Shown here: piece after piece, positions 49,529 through 59,493 of the stretch
Layout: every line of letters begins with the position of its first letter
Numbering within the stretch: position 1 is the stretch's first letter
Assembly (NCBI GenBank): GCA_963697875.1
Contig: OY969099.1
Location: forward strand, 986,736-1,050,735
DNA length: 64,000 bases
Source of the DNA: an uncultured Actinomycetes bacterium
GTDB lineage: Bacteria; Actinomycetota; UBA4738; HRBIN12
Direction: 5' to 3'
Position numbers and translations under genes: made by a program
The notes under the pieces: generated by a model
Told to the model about the DNA's origin: nothing
What the model saw: only the letters and a program-made list of their open reading frames with translations
The model's database searches: none

Positions 49529-50308
49529 TCAGAGCGAGGCGCGCGTGGAGTTCAGGATCGCGCAGCCGTCCCGGGCGACGACCCAGATGCGGACGGTGTC
49601 CGGCGCCTGGCCGGCGCCGGGACCCTCGAGGTACACGCCGATGTATGCGGCGGTTCCCTCGAACCGGGCGCGGATCAGGCGCACGAGCGTTCCCCCGGTG
49701 CTCGGGGTCGCGCCGGACAGGCACGACTCGGCGTCGGGTGTGATCTCTTGCGAGAACGCGGTCGATCGGTCGGCGCCGCCGGCCGTCGCCTGGGCGGGCG
49801 GCGCCAGGACGCCGGGTGCCGTGCTGGGCGAACCGTAGGAAAGCGCCAGGGCGCTGATGTCGGCTGCGTCGTAGTCGTGGTGCACGACGTCGATCGTCTC
49901 GGCGGCCGAGGCGTGCTGCGAGGCTTCCGAGGAAGCTCCGCCCACGTCCGCGCGTTCCTGGGCCGGGCCGCCTCCGAGATGGGGGAGGGCGAGCGCCGCC
50001 ACCACCAGCGCCGCCGCCGCCGCGGCCCCGACGGCCCATCGGTACCAGACCGGGGCGCCCCGCCGGGGGACCGGCGTCGGGCCGCCCGAGCCCGCCGAGC
50101 GTGCGGCCTCGTCGATCGCCGCCGCGGCGACTCCGGGGGGAACTGCAGGCTCCACGAGCGAGGCCAGCGCCGAACGCGCCTCCCCCGCGAGCGCCACCTC
50201 GGTCCGGCACCGTTCGCAGGTCACGAGGTGCCGCTCCACGGAGCGCCGGCCCTCGGCCCCGAGCGTGCCGTCCACGTACTCGGCGAGCAGTTCGTCGGGA
50301 TGGGTCAT
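49529..50308 (-). CDS. Zinc-finger (zf-HC2) anti-sigma factor with a TM segment and an extracytoplasmic domain
   Basis: [12 protein letters not shown] HxxxCxxC motif. Central TM helix. Its ATG overlaps the sigma gene stop. Confidence 0.75.
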   Translation of the reverse strand: MTHPDELLAEYVDGTLGAEGRRSVERHLVTCERCRTEVALAGEARSALASLVEPAVPPGVAAAAIDEAARSAGSGGPTPVPRRGAPVWYRWAVGAAAAAALVVAALALPHLGGGPAQERADVGGASSEASQHASAAETIDVVHHDYDAADISALALSYGSPSTAPGVLAPPAQATAGGADRSTAFSQEITPDAESCLSGATPSTGGTLVRLIRARFEGTAAYIGVYLEGPGAGQAPDTVRIWVVARDGCAILNSTRASL

Positions 50309-50901
50309 CACGTCTCCTCGGACGCTCCGGCGACGTGCCGAGGTTCCCCGACGCTCGGTCGCAGCACGCGGGCCAGCGCGATCCGGCCCCGGTGGACCCG
50401 GGACTTCACGGTCCCCAGCGGGACGTCGAGGACCTTGGCGATCTCCTCGTAGGGCAGATCCTGGACGTCGGCCAGCACGAGCGCGACGCGGAACTCCTCG
50501 GGCACCGAGGCCAGAGCCGCGGCAACATCGGCGCCGGCCGCGACCGCGTCGGCATGGTCCGGGTGCGGCGGACCTGGCTCGAGGTCTCCCGCCTCGTCGT
50601 TCGCGACCGCGCGCAGCATCGGCGCTCGCTTGCGGCGCCGCAGGATGTCGTAGCAGGCGTTGACCGCGACGCGATGCATCCAGGTGGTGAAGGCGGCCTC
50701 CGCGCGGAACTGGTCGAGCTTGCGGAGCGCCGTGACGAAGGCGTCCTGTGCCGCGTCGGCAGCGTCGTCGGGGTCGGCGAGGATCCGCAGGCACAGGTGG
50801 TAGATCCTGGCTTCGTGCCGCCGCACGAGCGCGGCGAACGCCGAGACGTCGCCGTCGAGGAAGCGACGGATCAGCTGCTCGTCGCGCTCCGGGTCGGTCA
50901 C
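50308..50901 (-). CDS. ECF (sigma-70 family group 4) RNA polymerase sigma factor (SigM-like)
   Basis: Region 2 ([13 protein letters not shown]) and region 4 HTH ([40 protein letters not shown]). Confidence 0.85.
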   Translation of the reverse strand: MTDPERDEQLIRRFLDGDVSAFAALVRRHEARIYHLCLRILADPDDAADAAQDAFVTALRKLDQFRAEAAFTTWMHRVAVNACYDILRRRKRAPMLRAVANDEAGDLEPGPPHPDHADAVAAGADVAAALASVPEEFRVALVLADVQDLPYEEIAKVLDVPLGTVKSRVHRGRIALARVLRPSVGEPRHVAGASEET

Positions 50902-50910
50902 GACCCGAAC

Positions 50911-51285
50911 CTACAACGTGCTCGGACCGCGAGTTTCCCGTTGCGTGACGTGCGTCAGATCGCGCGTGAACGACAGCCGACCGGCCACGACCGTATGCGC
51001 CTGCTTGCGGACGGCCACCGTCGCTTCGCCCGTCCGCGCGTCGATCGTGCATCCCTTCTTGGGGACCGTGGCGCCCGCGTCGTCGATCTTCACGGAGTCC
51101 ACGGCGGCCTGACAAGCGGTCCTCACGTTGTGGCTCGACTTGTACGCGTTCGCGGCCTCTGTCGCGGCGTTCGATGCCGTGTCCGACAGCTGGAACCTCG
51201 TGAACACGATCGACGCCGTATCGATGCCGGCGATCCCGAGGGCGCCGACCATGACCAGCCAGATCACGATGATCTTGCCGACCAT
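50911..51285 (-). CDS. Hypothetical membrane-anchored/secreted small protein
   Basis: N-terminal hydrophobic segment IIVIWLVMVGALGIAGI. The start is uncertain. Confidence 0.4.
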   Translation of the reverse strand: MVGKIIVIWLVMVGALGIAGIDTASIVFTRFQLSDTASNAATEAANAYKSSHNVRTACQAAVDSVKIDDAGATVPKKGCTIDARTGEATVAVRKQAHTVVAGRLSFTRDLTHVTQRETRGPSTL

Positions 51286-51305
51286 GCCCGCCTCTTCGCG
51301 GAGCC

Positions 51306-52886
51306 TCACCGCCGGAACCTTCCGAGCAACGCCTGCCTCACTTCATCGAGCTCCTCGATCCGCACGATAAGCGCGACGCCGAGGAAGACAAGCACTCCCG
51401 CGCCCACGGCCACGCCGACCTGCAGCAGGCGGATCCCCGGACGGCCAACGTCCAGGACCGCGGCGACGACGGCCGCGACCAGATAGGCGGCGACCGCTGT
51501 GGCCGCGGCCGCGGCGACGGTGCGTGCGATCGTCGAGGTGATGCGACGTCCGTCGGCTCCGTGCAGTCGCCGCCGGACGATCCAGAACAGCACGGCCGAG
51601 CCGGTCAAGTAGGAGACCGCGTGACCGAGGGCGAGCCCGGGGACCCCCCACCCGAATCCGAATGCGAACACGACGTCGGCGACCAGGTTCACGATGGCGG
51701 TGCCGCAGTTCACGATCGCGGGCGTGCGCGTATCGTGCATCGAGTAGAAGGTCCTGGTCAGCAGCTGGAAGGCCGAGAAGAACGGAAGCCCGACCGCGAA
51801 GGCTGCGAGCGTGTGGGCCAGCAGGACGCGGTCGGCGCCCGTCACGGCACCGTAGTCGGCGAACAGCGCCACCAGTGGTCCGGCCAGCACGATCAAGCCT
51901 GCGGCCGCCGGCAGCATCACGATCTCGGTGTCGCGCAGTCCGCGCGAGAACAGGTCGCGGACCCCGTCCAGCGCGTGGCTCGACCATCGCTCGGCGAGCC
52001 CGGGGAGCAGCGCCGTGAAGATCGAAACGGCCACGATCGCATGCGGCAGCGAGAAGAAGATGAAGGCCTGCGAATACGCCGTGTACGCCCCTTCGATGTC
52101 CAGCCGGTAGTTCAGGTTGATGATCACGATGTACGCGAGCTGGTTGGCGATCACGTAGAGCGCGACCCACCTCGCAAGGGAGAGAAGACGGCGCACCGTC
52201 TCGTGGCGCCAGTCGAACCGCAGGCGCCAGCGGAACCCGATCCTGCGCAGCGCCGGCCACAGCGCCACCGTCATGGCGAACACCCCGAACGTCGTCCCTG
52301 CGGCGAGCAGCGTCTTCTGTGGGCCCGAGATGCTCTCCACCGTGGGCGGAGCTCCGTGCGTCATCGCGATGAACGCGACCATGGTCGCGATCACGGCGAC
52401 GTTGTTCAGGACCGGCGCGAACATCTGCGCGGCGAATCGGCGGTTCGCCGTGAGCACGCCGGTCGCCACCGCGCCGAGCCCGTAGAAGACGATCTGGGGC
52501 ATGAACCATCGAAGGAAGAACGCCCCGAGGGCGACCTCCTGCGCTCGCCGTACGGGATCGGTCTCTCCCGTGAGGTAGAGCCGCATGATCCACGGCGCGA
52601 ACGCGGCCCCCAGCGCCGCCACGACGGTGAGGACGACGAGCGTCATCGTGAGCAGGCGGCTTGCCACCTCCCACGAGGACTCGCGCCCGTGGGCCTTCGC
52701 CCACTCCACGATGATGGGCACGAAGACGGACGTGAGGATGCCGCCGAGCACGAGCTCGTACACGATGTTCGGCGTCGTGTTCGCGGTGTTGTACGCGTCG
52801 GAGAGCGCCGTCACGCCGAGCGCCGCGAGGGTCACCGAGACCCGGACGATGCCGGTGAGGCGCGAGATGGCCGTGCCGATCGACAT
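51306..52886 (-). CDS. murJ: Lipid II flippase MurJ (MviN), lacking the C-terminal pseudokinase extension found in mycobacteria
   Basis: MurJ N-terminal signature (AVMSIGTAISRLTGIVR) and 14 TM segments. A possible N-terminal extension runs up to 52961; a GAGGAG sits immediately upstream of that GTG. Confidence 0.8.
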   Translation of the reverse strand: MSIGTAISRLTGIVRVSVTLAALGVTALSDAYNTANTTPNIVYELVLGGILTSVFVPIIVEWAKAHGRESSWEVASRLLTMTLVVLTVVAALGAAFAPWIMRLYLTGETDPVRRAQEVALGAFFLRWFMPQIVFYGLGAVATGVLTANRRFAAQMFAPVLNNVAVIATMVAFIAMTHGAPPTVESISGPQKTLLAAGTTFGVFAMTVALWPALRRIGFRWRLRFDWRHETVRRLLSLARWVALYVIANQLAYIVIINLNYRLDIEGAYTAYSQAFIFFSLPHAIVAVSIFTALLPGLAERWSSHALDGVRDLFSRGLRDTEIVMLPAAAGLIVLAGPLVALFADYGAVTGADRVLLAHTLAAFAVGLPFFSAFQLLTRTFYSMHDTRTPAIVNCGTAIVNLVADVVFAFGFGWGVPGLALGHAVSYLTGSAVLFWIVRRRLHGADGRRITSTIARTVAAAAATAVAAYLVAAVVAAVLDVGRPGIRLLQVGVAVGAGVLVFLGVALIVRIEELDEVRQALLGRFRR

Positions 52887-52930
52887 CACGGCCGCGTTGC
52901 GAACCGTGGCGTCGCGCGAGTCCGCGGGAG

Positions 52931-54991
52931 TCAGCTGGAGATCCTCCGCCGTCGGAACCACCTCCTCGCGTACAGGAGCACGAGCAGCACGGCCGCCCCG
53001 AGCGTGACCCGCAGCGCGATGCCGTTGAGCGCCGTCGTCCGCACGACGAGCCGCTGGTCGCTGATCACCTTGCCCGAGGGTGCCCGCACCAGCACCTGGA
53101 TCGCGTTCTGTCCCGAGGCCTTCGCCTGCACCCGGAACGTGACGATCTGGTTGGGACGCTCGAGGACCACGCGCTGGAGGTCCCCGTCGGGGAACTCGAA
53201 GAACGACGACTGCAGCTGGACGTCCACGCTGAGCGGGATGCTTCCCGGATCCCCCATCCGAAGAGGGATCGTGCCCTCTCGTGACGTGAGGGTGAACACC
53301 TGGTTCACCTGTGGTTGGGCCCCCGCGAACGCAGCCGAAGTGGTGGAAGACACGGCGTCCAGCCAGGGTTGGCCCGACACCCAGTCGGGGCCGACGTATC
53401 CGTTCCACTCCGCCGTGAACAGATCGGTCCGCAGCTGAGCCGGTGCCGCGCTCTCGGGCGGCAGCATCGACGCGTACGCACCCACATCCTCGCGAAGCGA
53501 CCGGATCGTGTCGGCGTACGTGGGGTCGAACGACGACGTGGAGGGAGCCCGGAGCGTGGCGGGCTCACCCGGGGGGTTGACGTCGTCGACGAGGACCTGC
53601 GGCCGCACCGTTCGCAAGAAGGGCGCGCCGCCGAGCCGATCGGTGAGCGGTCCCCACACGCCGGGTGGCAGCGACGTCGGCAACGCGAGTGCGAGCCCGC
53701 GCACGTTCGGTTCCTCCGGGACCGGCGCCTCCTTCCAGATCATCGCCAGCTCGCCGAGCACGGCCTGAGCGGCCCGGACGTGGTCCTCGAGGAGGTCGGA
53801 CCGTCCCAGGAGTGCTTCGGCGCTCGGATCGGGCAGCACGATCGAGACCGAACGGCCGGCGGAGGTCGGAAGGGTGGCGGTCGGCGGCGGGGAGAATCCG
53901 TCGGACAGCGACGGCCGGTCGACCTGGTCGCTGTCGCCGAGGATCGTGGTGGTGCCGTGGCCGTCGAGCCAGTCGACCGCGTCGTTGTCCAGGTCGCCGG
54001 CCGCCGGACGCGCGACCTCTGCGACGGGGTCGGCTCCGAGGCGATCGGTGACGGTCGCGCCGCCCAGGGCGGCCTGCGCTCCGAGCTCCGATTCCAGATC
54101 GCTCGAAAGCATGGCCGGCATGGAGGGGCTCGCGTACGGCTGGGCCACGACCTCCACCCGGCTCTGACCGGCCAGAGACGCCAACGCGGCGAGGAAGCCC
54201 GTGGCTGCGGCGGCTCCTCCCGTTCCGGCCGCGACCTGGGTGCCGTCGGACAGCTGGTACCCGTTCGTCAGCCGGGCGACCTGGTCGAGCAGCATCGGCT
54301 CCACCACCAGCTCGATCGGCTGCCGCGGGTGAGCAGAGTTCAGGGCCCGAAGTGCGTCGACGGGGGCACGAAGGGCGCCGCCGGGCGAGAGCGCCGCCTC
54401 GATCCCGGAGTCGGTCAGCCGCCCACCCGCATCGAGTATCGGGCCCCACGTCAGCTCGGTCCACCACGAGAAGAGCATCGGCTTGTCCGGCGTGCGGACC
54501 ACGTAGACGACGGCCGTGTTGAGAGACGCGACGGGGCGGGTGCCGTCGAGCAGGACGATCTCCGCCGGGTACACCTTCGTGTCGAGCTGACTCACGCTCG
54601 CCACGGCCGTCAGGTCGGCGTGCACCTTGATCGTGTGCACGCTCCCCGGCGCCAGGTTGGCGGTCACGCGTCGCGTCGTCACGAACGGCTGCGACGAGGG
54701 GGGTTCGGTCAGGATCGACTCGTACTGCACCAGTGAGTCGATCGAGTCGCCCAGCGCGAGCCGGATCGACGGGTGCTCCAGCGATTCGGTTCCCGTGTTC
54801 GCCACCGCCACGGCCGCCCGGAGCACAGGTCCGCCGAGCTTGGGAACCGGCGAGTTCACCGGCGTCTGGGACACGAGCGTCAAGGAGATGGGTGTCTGAG
54901 CCGACGCGGGGGCGGGCGTGAGCGCCCACGACGCGGACAGGAGCAGGATCGGCGCGATGCGAAGGATGCGCCGCAGATGATCGGTCCTCAT
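52931..54991 (-). CDS. Conserved secreted, C-terminally anchored protein upstream of murJ (Rv3909-like)
   Basis: Signal peptide. Large Ala/Leu/Pro-rich ectodomain. C-terminal TM plus RRWFRRRR. Conserved position relative to murJ. Confidence 0.55.
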   Translation of the reverse strand: MRTDHLRRILRIAPILLLSASWALTPAPASAQTPISLTLVSQTPVNSPVPKLGGPVLRAAVAVANTGTESLEHPSIRLALGDSIDSLVQYESILTEPPSSQPFVTTRRVTANLAPGSVHTIKVHADLTAVASVSQLDTKVYPAEIVLLDGTRPVASLNTAVVYVVRTPDKPMLFSWWTELTWGPILDAGGRLTDSGIEAALSPGGALRAPVDALRALNSAHPRQPIELVVEPMLLDQVARLTNGYQLSDGTQVAAGTGGAAAATGFLAALASLAGQSRVEVVAQPYASPSMPAMLSSDLESELGAQAALGGATVTDRLGADPVAEVARPAAGDLDNDAVDWLDGHGTTTILGDSDQVDRPSLSDGFSPPPTATLPTSAGRSVSIVLPDPSAEALLGRSDLLEDHVRAAQAVLGELAMIWKEAPVPEEPNVRGLALALPTSLPPGVWGPLTDRLGGAPFLRTVRPQVLVDDVNPPGEPATLRAPSTSSFDPTYADTIRSLREDVGAYASMLPPESAAPAQLRTDLFTAEWNGYVGPDWVSGQPWLDAVSSTTSAAFAGAQPQVNQVFTLTSREGTIPLRMGDPGSIPLSVDVQLQSSFFEFPDGDLQRVVLERPNQIVTFRVQAKASGQNAIQVLVRAPSGKVISDQRLVVRTTALNGIALRVTLGAAVLLVLLYARRWFRRRRISS

Positions 54992-55019
54992 GAAGGCGGC
55001 CCCATCGTAACGGCGCCGG

Positions 55020-55787
55020 TCAGCCTCGGAGGAGACGGAGCACCTCGCCGACCCCGTAGACCACCGCGACCAGGAGGAGGAACACCCCGACCATCGTCCG
55101 CAGTGTCCGTTCTCGCGCCCCGAGTGCGAATCTCGCCCCGATCCTCGCTCCGGGCACGACCCCGATGGTCAGCACCAGGAAGATCCGCCAGTCGATGTGG
55201 CCGAGTGCCGCGTGGACCAACGTCCCCGGGACGGCGATCGAGGCGATCAGCACGAGCGACGTGCCGAGCGCACGCTTGAGGGGCATCCCGAGCATCGTCG
55301 TGACGACCGGCACGAAGACGATCCCTCCGCCGACGCCGAGGAGCCCCGACACGAAGCCGGTCATGCCCCCGATCGCCGCGTACTGCCATGCCGTGATGGA
55401 GCCCCTGGGGCGGGCAGTGTACCTGGCCCCCTGCCACACCCGCACGGCCTGCCAACCGATCAGCACGGCGGTGACGAGCAACAGCCAGTGCGGGTCGATC
55501 GCGGCGGTGAACCAGGCGCCCAGCACCGCGGCGACGACGCCGGGTCCGGCGGCGAATCGGAGGGCGCGCCAGCTCACCTCGTCGGCGCGCGAGTACGTGT
55601 AGCCGCCGACGATCGCCGTCGGGATGATGACGGGCAGCGGCGTGCCCAGCGCGATGTAGGGCGCCCCCCCGAGCAGGACCTGGATCCCCGGCGTCGTGAT
55701 GACCCCCCCGCCGACGCCGAAGAGGCCCGAGAGGATGCCCGCGACGAACCCGATCACGACCCCGAGGAAGGCGTGGGCCGTCGTCAC
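55020..55787 (-). CDS. Sulfite exporter TauE/SafE family (TSUP) membrane protein
   Basis: Duplicated 4-TM halves with GxGGG motifs (FGVGGGVITTP and LGVGGGIVFVP). Confidence 0.8.
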   Translation of the reverse strand: MTTAHAFLGVVIGFVAGILSGLFGVGGGVITTPGIQVLLGGAPYIALGTPLPVIIPTAIVGGYTYSRADEVSWRALRFAAGPGVVAAVLGAWFTAAIDPHWLLLVTAVLIGWQAVRVWQGARYTARPRGSITAWQYAAIGGMTGFVSGLLGVGGGIVFVPVVTTMLGMPLKRALGTSLVLIASIAVPGTLVHAALGHIDWRIFLVLTIGVVPGARIGARFALGARERTLRTMVGVFLLLVAVVYGVGEVLRLLRG

Positions 55788-56392
55788 CGCAGGAGCTCGG
55801 CTGCGCGCGCGATGACCTCACGCTCACCGCGGTAGGCGGCACGCTTGAGCGCCCGCTCGAGCGGGAACCAGCGGATCTCCTCCATCTCGTCGTCGCGGTC
55901 GTCGATGTTGCCACCGGTCCACCGCATCAAGAAGAAGTGGACCGTCTTGCGGATCCGGACGTCCCCCCAGACGTAGATGTACTTCGTGTCGCCCAGGTCG
56001 GCTTCGATCTGTGCGACCAGACCCGTTTCCTCCTGGACCTCCCGCCGGGCGGCGTCCTCGCGTGACTCACCTTCCTCGATCCCGCCCTTCGCCAGACCCC
56101 AGGCCAGCTCGCCCTTGCGCGTGCGACGCGAGGCCAGCACGAGGTCGATCGCGCCGTCGTCGTTGCGCCGGTAGACGACACCGCCCGCCGAGACCTCCCG
56201 GGTGGTGGGCAGGCGCGGCCCGGTGCGCCGCCCGGCTTTCTTCCGGGAGGGCCGCTTCGCGGTGCTCGCGGCCGGCTTGGGGCTTGGCCCGACGGCCTTC
56301 TTCGCCCCCGCGGAGGCGGATCGCCTCCGCCCGCCCCTCCTCCGCCGGCGCTTCGGCCCGTCCGGTTGTTCGTCGGTCCCTTCGGCGCCCAT
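55784..56392 (-). CDS. NUDIX hydrolase with a basic N-terminal extension (MutT4-like)
   Basis: Nudix box GGIEEGESREDAARREVQEETG. Its stop overlaps the TauE start. Confidence 0.8.
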   Translation of the reverse strand: MGAEGTDEQPDGPKRRRRRGGRRRSASAGAKKAVGPSPKPAASTAKRPSRKKAGRRTGPRLPTTREVSAGGVVYRRNDDGAIDLVLASRRTRKGELAWGLAKGGIEEGESREDAARREVQEETGLVAQIEADLGDTKYIYVWGDVRIRKTVHFFLMRWTGGNIDDRDDEMEEIRWFPLERALKRAAYRGEREVIARAAELLR

Positions 56393-56493
56393 GACGGGCC
56401 GATTCTAAGGGGGCTCAGGCTCGGGCCCGGACGTGCCGAAAGCAAACCTGGACGGTCCCGACGGGGGACCCTTGCCCGCGGGCTGGTGCACCC

Positions 56494-57609
56494 ATGAACA
56501 TCGACGAGCTGCTCCGACACACGGTCGAGCGTGGCGCGAGCGACCTGCACCTCAAGGTCGGCAACGTGCCCTTCCTTCGGATCGACGGTGAGCTCGATCC
56601 GACTGCCTTCGACGTCCTCACGGCGGACGAGACCGCCGCCTCGGCACTGCAGGTCATGGGCGACCACAAGCGTCGCGAGTTCGAGGAGACCAACGAGGCG
56701 GACATCGGCTACACCCTGCAGGGCGTGGGCCGGTTCCGGATCAACGTGTTCCGGCAACGAGGACAGGTCGGCCTCGCCATCCGTCGCGTTCGTTCGGAGA
56801 TCCCCACCTTCGAGGAGCTCCGGATGCCGACGGTGATGCGCTCGCTGGCCGACTCGCCGCGCGGGCTCGTGCTGATCACCGGTCCGACCGGCACCGGCAA
56901 GACGACCACGATCGCCGCGATGGTCGGGCACATCAACCGTTCGCGGCGAGCACACATCGTCACGATCGAGGATCCGATCGAGGTCGTGCACGACGACGTG
57001 TTGTCGATCATCCAGCAGCGCGAGGTGGGCATCGACACGGAGTCCTATGGGGCGGCGTTGAAGCACGTGGTCCGACAGGATCCCGACGTGATCTTCGTCG
57101 GCGAGATCCGCGACGCGGAGTCGGCGCTGTCGGCCATCCAGGCCGCGGAGACCGGGCACCTCGTCATCTCGACACTGCACACGATCGACGCCATGGAGAC
57201 GATCAACCGCGTGCTCGACCTGTTCCCGGCCCAGCAGCAGAAGGAGGTTCGCACGTCCTTCGCCGGCGCCCTGCGCGGGATCGTCTCCCAGCGGCTCGTA
57301 ACGCGATCCGACGGCAAGGGCCGGGTCCCCGCGGTCGAGGTGCTCGTCAACACGGGCCGTGTCTTCGACCGGATCGTCGACCCCGAGCAGACCGACGGCA
57401 TCATCGACGTGATGGCCGAGGGCGGGTACTACGGCATGCAGAGCTTCGACCAGGCGCTCGTCCAGCTCGTGAAGGAAGAGCTCGTCGCGGTGGAGGACGC
57501 GCGTCGTGCGGCGACGAGCCCGCACGACTTCGACCTGCAGCTCGCGGGAGTCCTCGACCGCCGAGCGGGCTATTCGGAAGAGCAGCAGGCAAGCGGCATC
57601 GCCTACTGA
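56494..57609 (+). CDS. pilT: Type IV pilus twitching-motility ATPase PilT
   Basis: Walker A GPTGTGKTT, Asp box, Walker B (DPDVIFVGEIRD), His box (HLVISTLHT). Confidence 0.9.
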   Translation: MNIDELLRHTVERGASDLHLKVGNVPFLRIDGELDPTAFDVLTADETAASALQVMGDHKRREFEETNEADIGYTLQGVGRFRINVFRQRGQVGLAIRRVRSEIPTFEELRMPTVMRSLADSPRGLVLITGPTGTGKTTTIAAMVGHINRSRRAHIVTIEDPIEVVHDDVLSIIQQREVGIDTESYGAALKHVVRQDPDVIFVGEIRDAESALSAIQAAETGHLVISTLHTIDAMETINRVLDLFPAQQQKEVRTSFAGALRGIVSQRLVTRSDGKGRVPAVEVLVNTGRVFDRIVDPEQTDGIIDVMAEGGYYGMQSFDQALVQLVKEELVAVEDARRAATSPHDFDLQLAGVLDRRAGYSEEQQASGIAY

Positions 57610-57664
57610 GCCGACCCCGCCGCCTCGCCTCCTCGAGGTGCCTCCCGGCTATCCTCGTCCGATC

Positions 57665-59059
57665 ATGGCCGAATCGACGCCGGCCGGCGCCGTCCTGGAC
57701 GTTCCCCCCCTCGCGAAGGAGCTGGGGGAGCGGTTCGCCGCAGACGGGCACGAGCTGTTCTTGGTCGGGGGCAGCGTGCGGGACCTGATCCGGAGTCATC
57801 CGGCCAGGGACCTGGATTTCTGCACCGCCGCTCATCCGCGTGAGATCGCGGGCGTCCTCCGTGGCTGGGCCAACCAGCGGTACCTCGTCGGCGTCCGGTA
57901 CGGCACCGTGGGGGCGATGAAGGACGGCGTCCTGCTCGAGATCACGACGTTCAGGGAGGAGGTCTATGCCGACGAGCACCGCAAGCCCACGGTCACCTTC
58001 GGCAAGGACCTCGAGACCGATCTGTCCCGCCGCGATTTCACGATCAACGCGATGGCCCTGCGGCTGCCGGAGGGCACGCTGATCGATCCCTTCGGCGGGG
58101 TCCGCGACCTGGCCGGACGCGTGCTCGATACGCCGCTGGACCCGGAGGTCTCGTTCTCGGACGATCCGCTGCGCATGATCCGGGCGGCGCGATTCGTCGC
58201 CCAGCTCGACGTCGCTCCCGCCGATCGCGTGCACGACGCGCTCGTGGCCATGCGTTCGCGTCTGGAGATCGTCTCCGCCGAGCGGATGCGCGACGAGCTC
58301 GACAAGCTGCTGCTCGCTCCTCACGTGGCGAAGGGGCTCGCTTTGCTGGTGGACACCGGTCTCGCGGATCTGTTCCTTCCGGAGCTGCCTGCGCTCGCGC
58401 TCGAGCAGGACCCGGTGCATCGGCACAAGGACGTCCTGCGCCACACCTACGCGGTGGTGGAGCGATGCCAAGCGGATCTCGTGCTTCGCCTCGCCGCTCT
58501 GCTGCACGACATCGGCAAGCCCGCCACGCGACGCATCACGCCCGAGGGGGTGACGTTCCATCACCACGAGATGGAGGGCGCGCGGATGGCACGCCAGCGG
58601 CTGCAGGCGCTCCGGTACCCGAAGGCCGTCGTCGACGGCGTGTGCGCTCTGATCGAGCTCCATCTTCGCTTCCACGGGTACGGGGAAGGCGTGGGGTGGA
58701 CCGACAGCGCGGTCCGCCGGTACGTGCGCGACGCCGGCCCGCTGCTGGACAGGCTGAACCAGCTCACGCGGGCCGACGTGACGACCCGCAACGAGCAGCG
58801 AGCGGAGCGCTTCCGTGCCCTCCAGGACGACCTCGAGGAACGGATCGCTGCGCTGGCCGAGGAGGAGAACCTCGAAGCCATGCGCCCGCCCCTGGACGGC
58901 CGGCAGGTGATGGACCGGCTCGGGGTGGCACCCGGGCCGATCGTCGGCGAGGCGCTCGACTACCTGATGGACCTGCGGATGGAGCGAGGTCCGATCCCGC
59001 CCGACGAGGCCTACGCATTGCTCGACGCCTGGGCGAAGGAACGCGACGGCGGCGGCTAG
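57665..59059 (+). CDS. CCA tRNA nucleotidyltransferase / poly(A) polymerase family with HD domain (PcnA-like)
   Basis: Pol-beta-like NT motif (LVGGSVRDLI...DLDF) and a C-terminal HD region (HDIGKP). Confidence 0.85.
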   Translation: MAESTPAGAVLDVPPLAKELGERFAADGHELFLVGGSVRDLIRSHPARDLDFCTAAHPREIAGVLRGWANQRYLVGVRYGTVGAMKDGVLLEITTFREEVYADEHRKPTVTFGKDLETDLSRRDFTINAMALRLPEGTLIDPFGGVRDLAGRVLDTPLDPEVSFSDDPLRMIRAARFVAQLDVAPADRVHDALVAMRSRLEIVSAERMRDELDKLLLAPHVAKGLALLVDTGLADLFLPELPALALEQDPVHRHKDVLRHTYAVVERCQADLVLRLAALLHDIGKPATRRITPEGVTFHHHEMEGARMARQRLQALRYPKAVVDGVCALIELHLRFHGYGEGVGWTDSAVRRYVRDAGPLLDRLNQLTRADVTTRNEQRAERFRALQDDLEERIAALAEEENLEAMRPPLDGRQVMDRLGVAPGPIVGEALDYLMDLRMERGPIPPDEAYALLDAWAKERDGGG

Positions 59060-59493
59060 GGAAGTTCGGATCGGCGCCGACCGAACGAAGCGAGCCGCAT
59101 GATCCGCTCGAGCGTGCGAGGGTCGCCGTGCCAGTGATCGCGGACGACGTCCTTTCCCGCCGTTCTCACCAGGTACCGCAGCACGAGCGCCGCGACGACG
59201 GCATCGTCCAGTGGTCCGACGACGGGAAGGAACTCGGGGAGCAGGTCGATCGGCGATGCGATCCACACCACGCCGACCCACAGCAGGATCTTCGAGCGGA
59301 TCGGGACACGCGGGTCACGAAGCAGTCCGCGGAACAGTGCCAGGAGGTTGGGAACGAGCGTCGCGAGCGTCCGTGCCGCGACGCGACGTCCCAGGACGAA
59401 CAGCGCCAGGATCGCGATCGCGTAGATCGCGAGCACGATGACGAGCGCGACCACGACCGAACGCATCGACCGAGGGTATCGTCGGTCTAGGCT

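Noticed and set aside
54988-55914. 308-aa minus-strand ORF overlapping the TauE gene
   Set aside because: A different frame of the same region with an Arg/Gly-rich translation. The TauE frame has the duplicated GxGGG 4-TM architecture.
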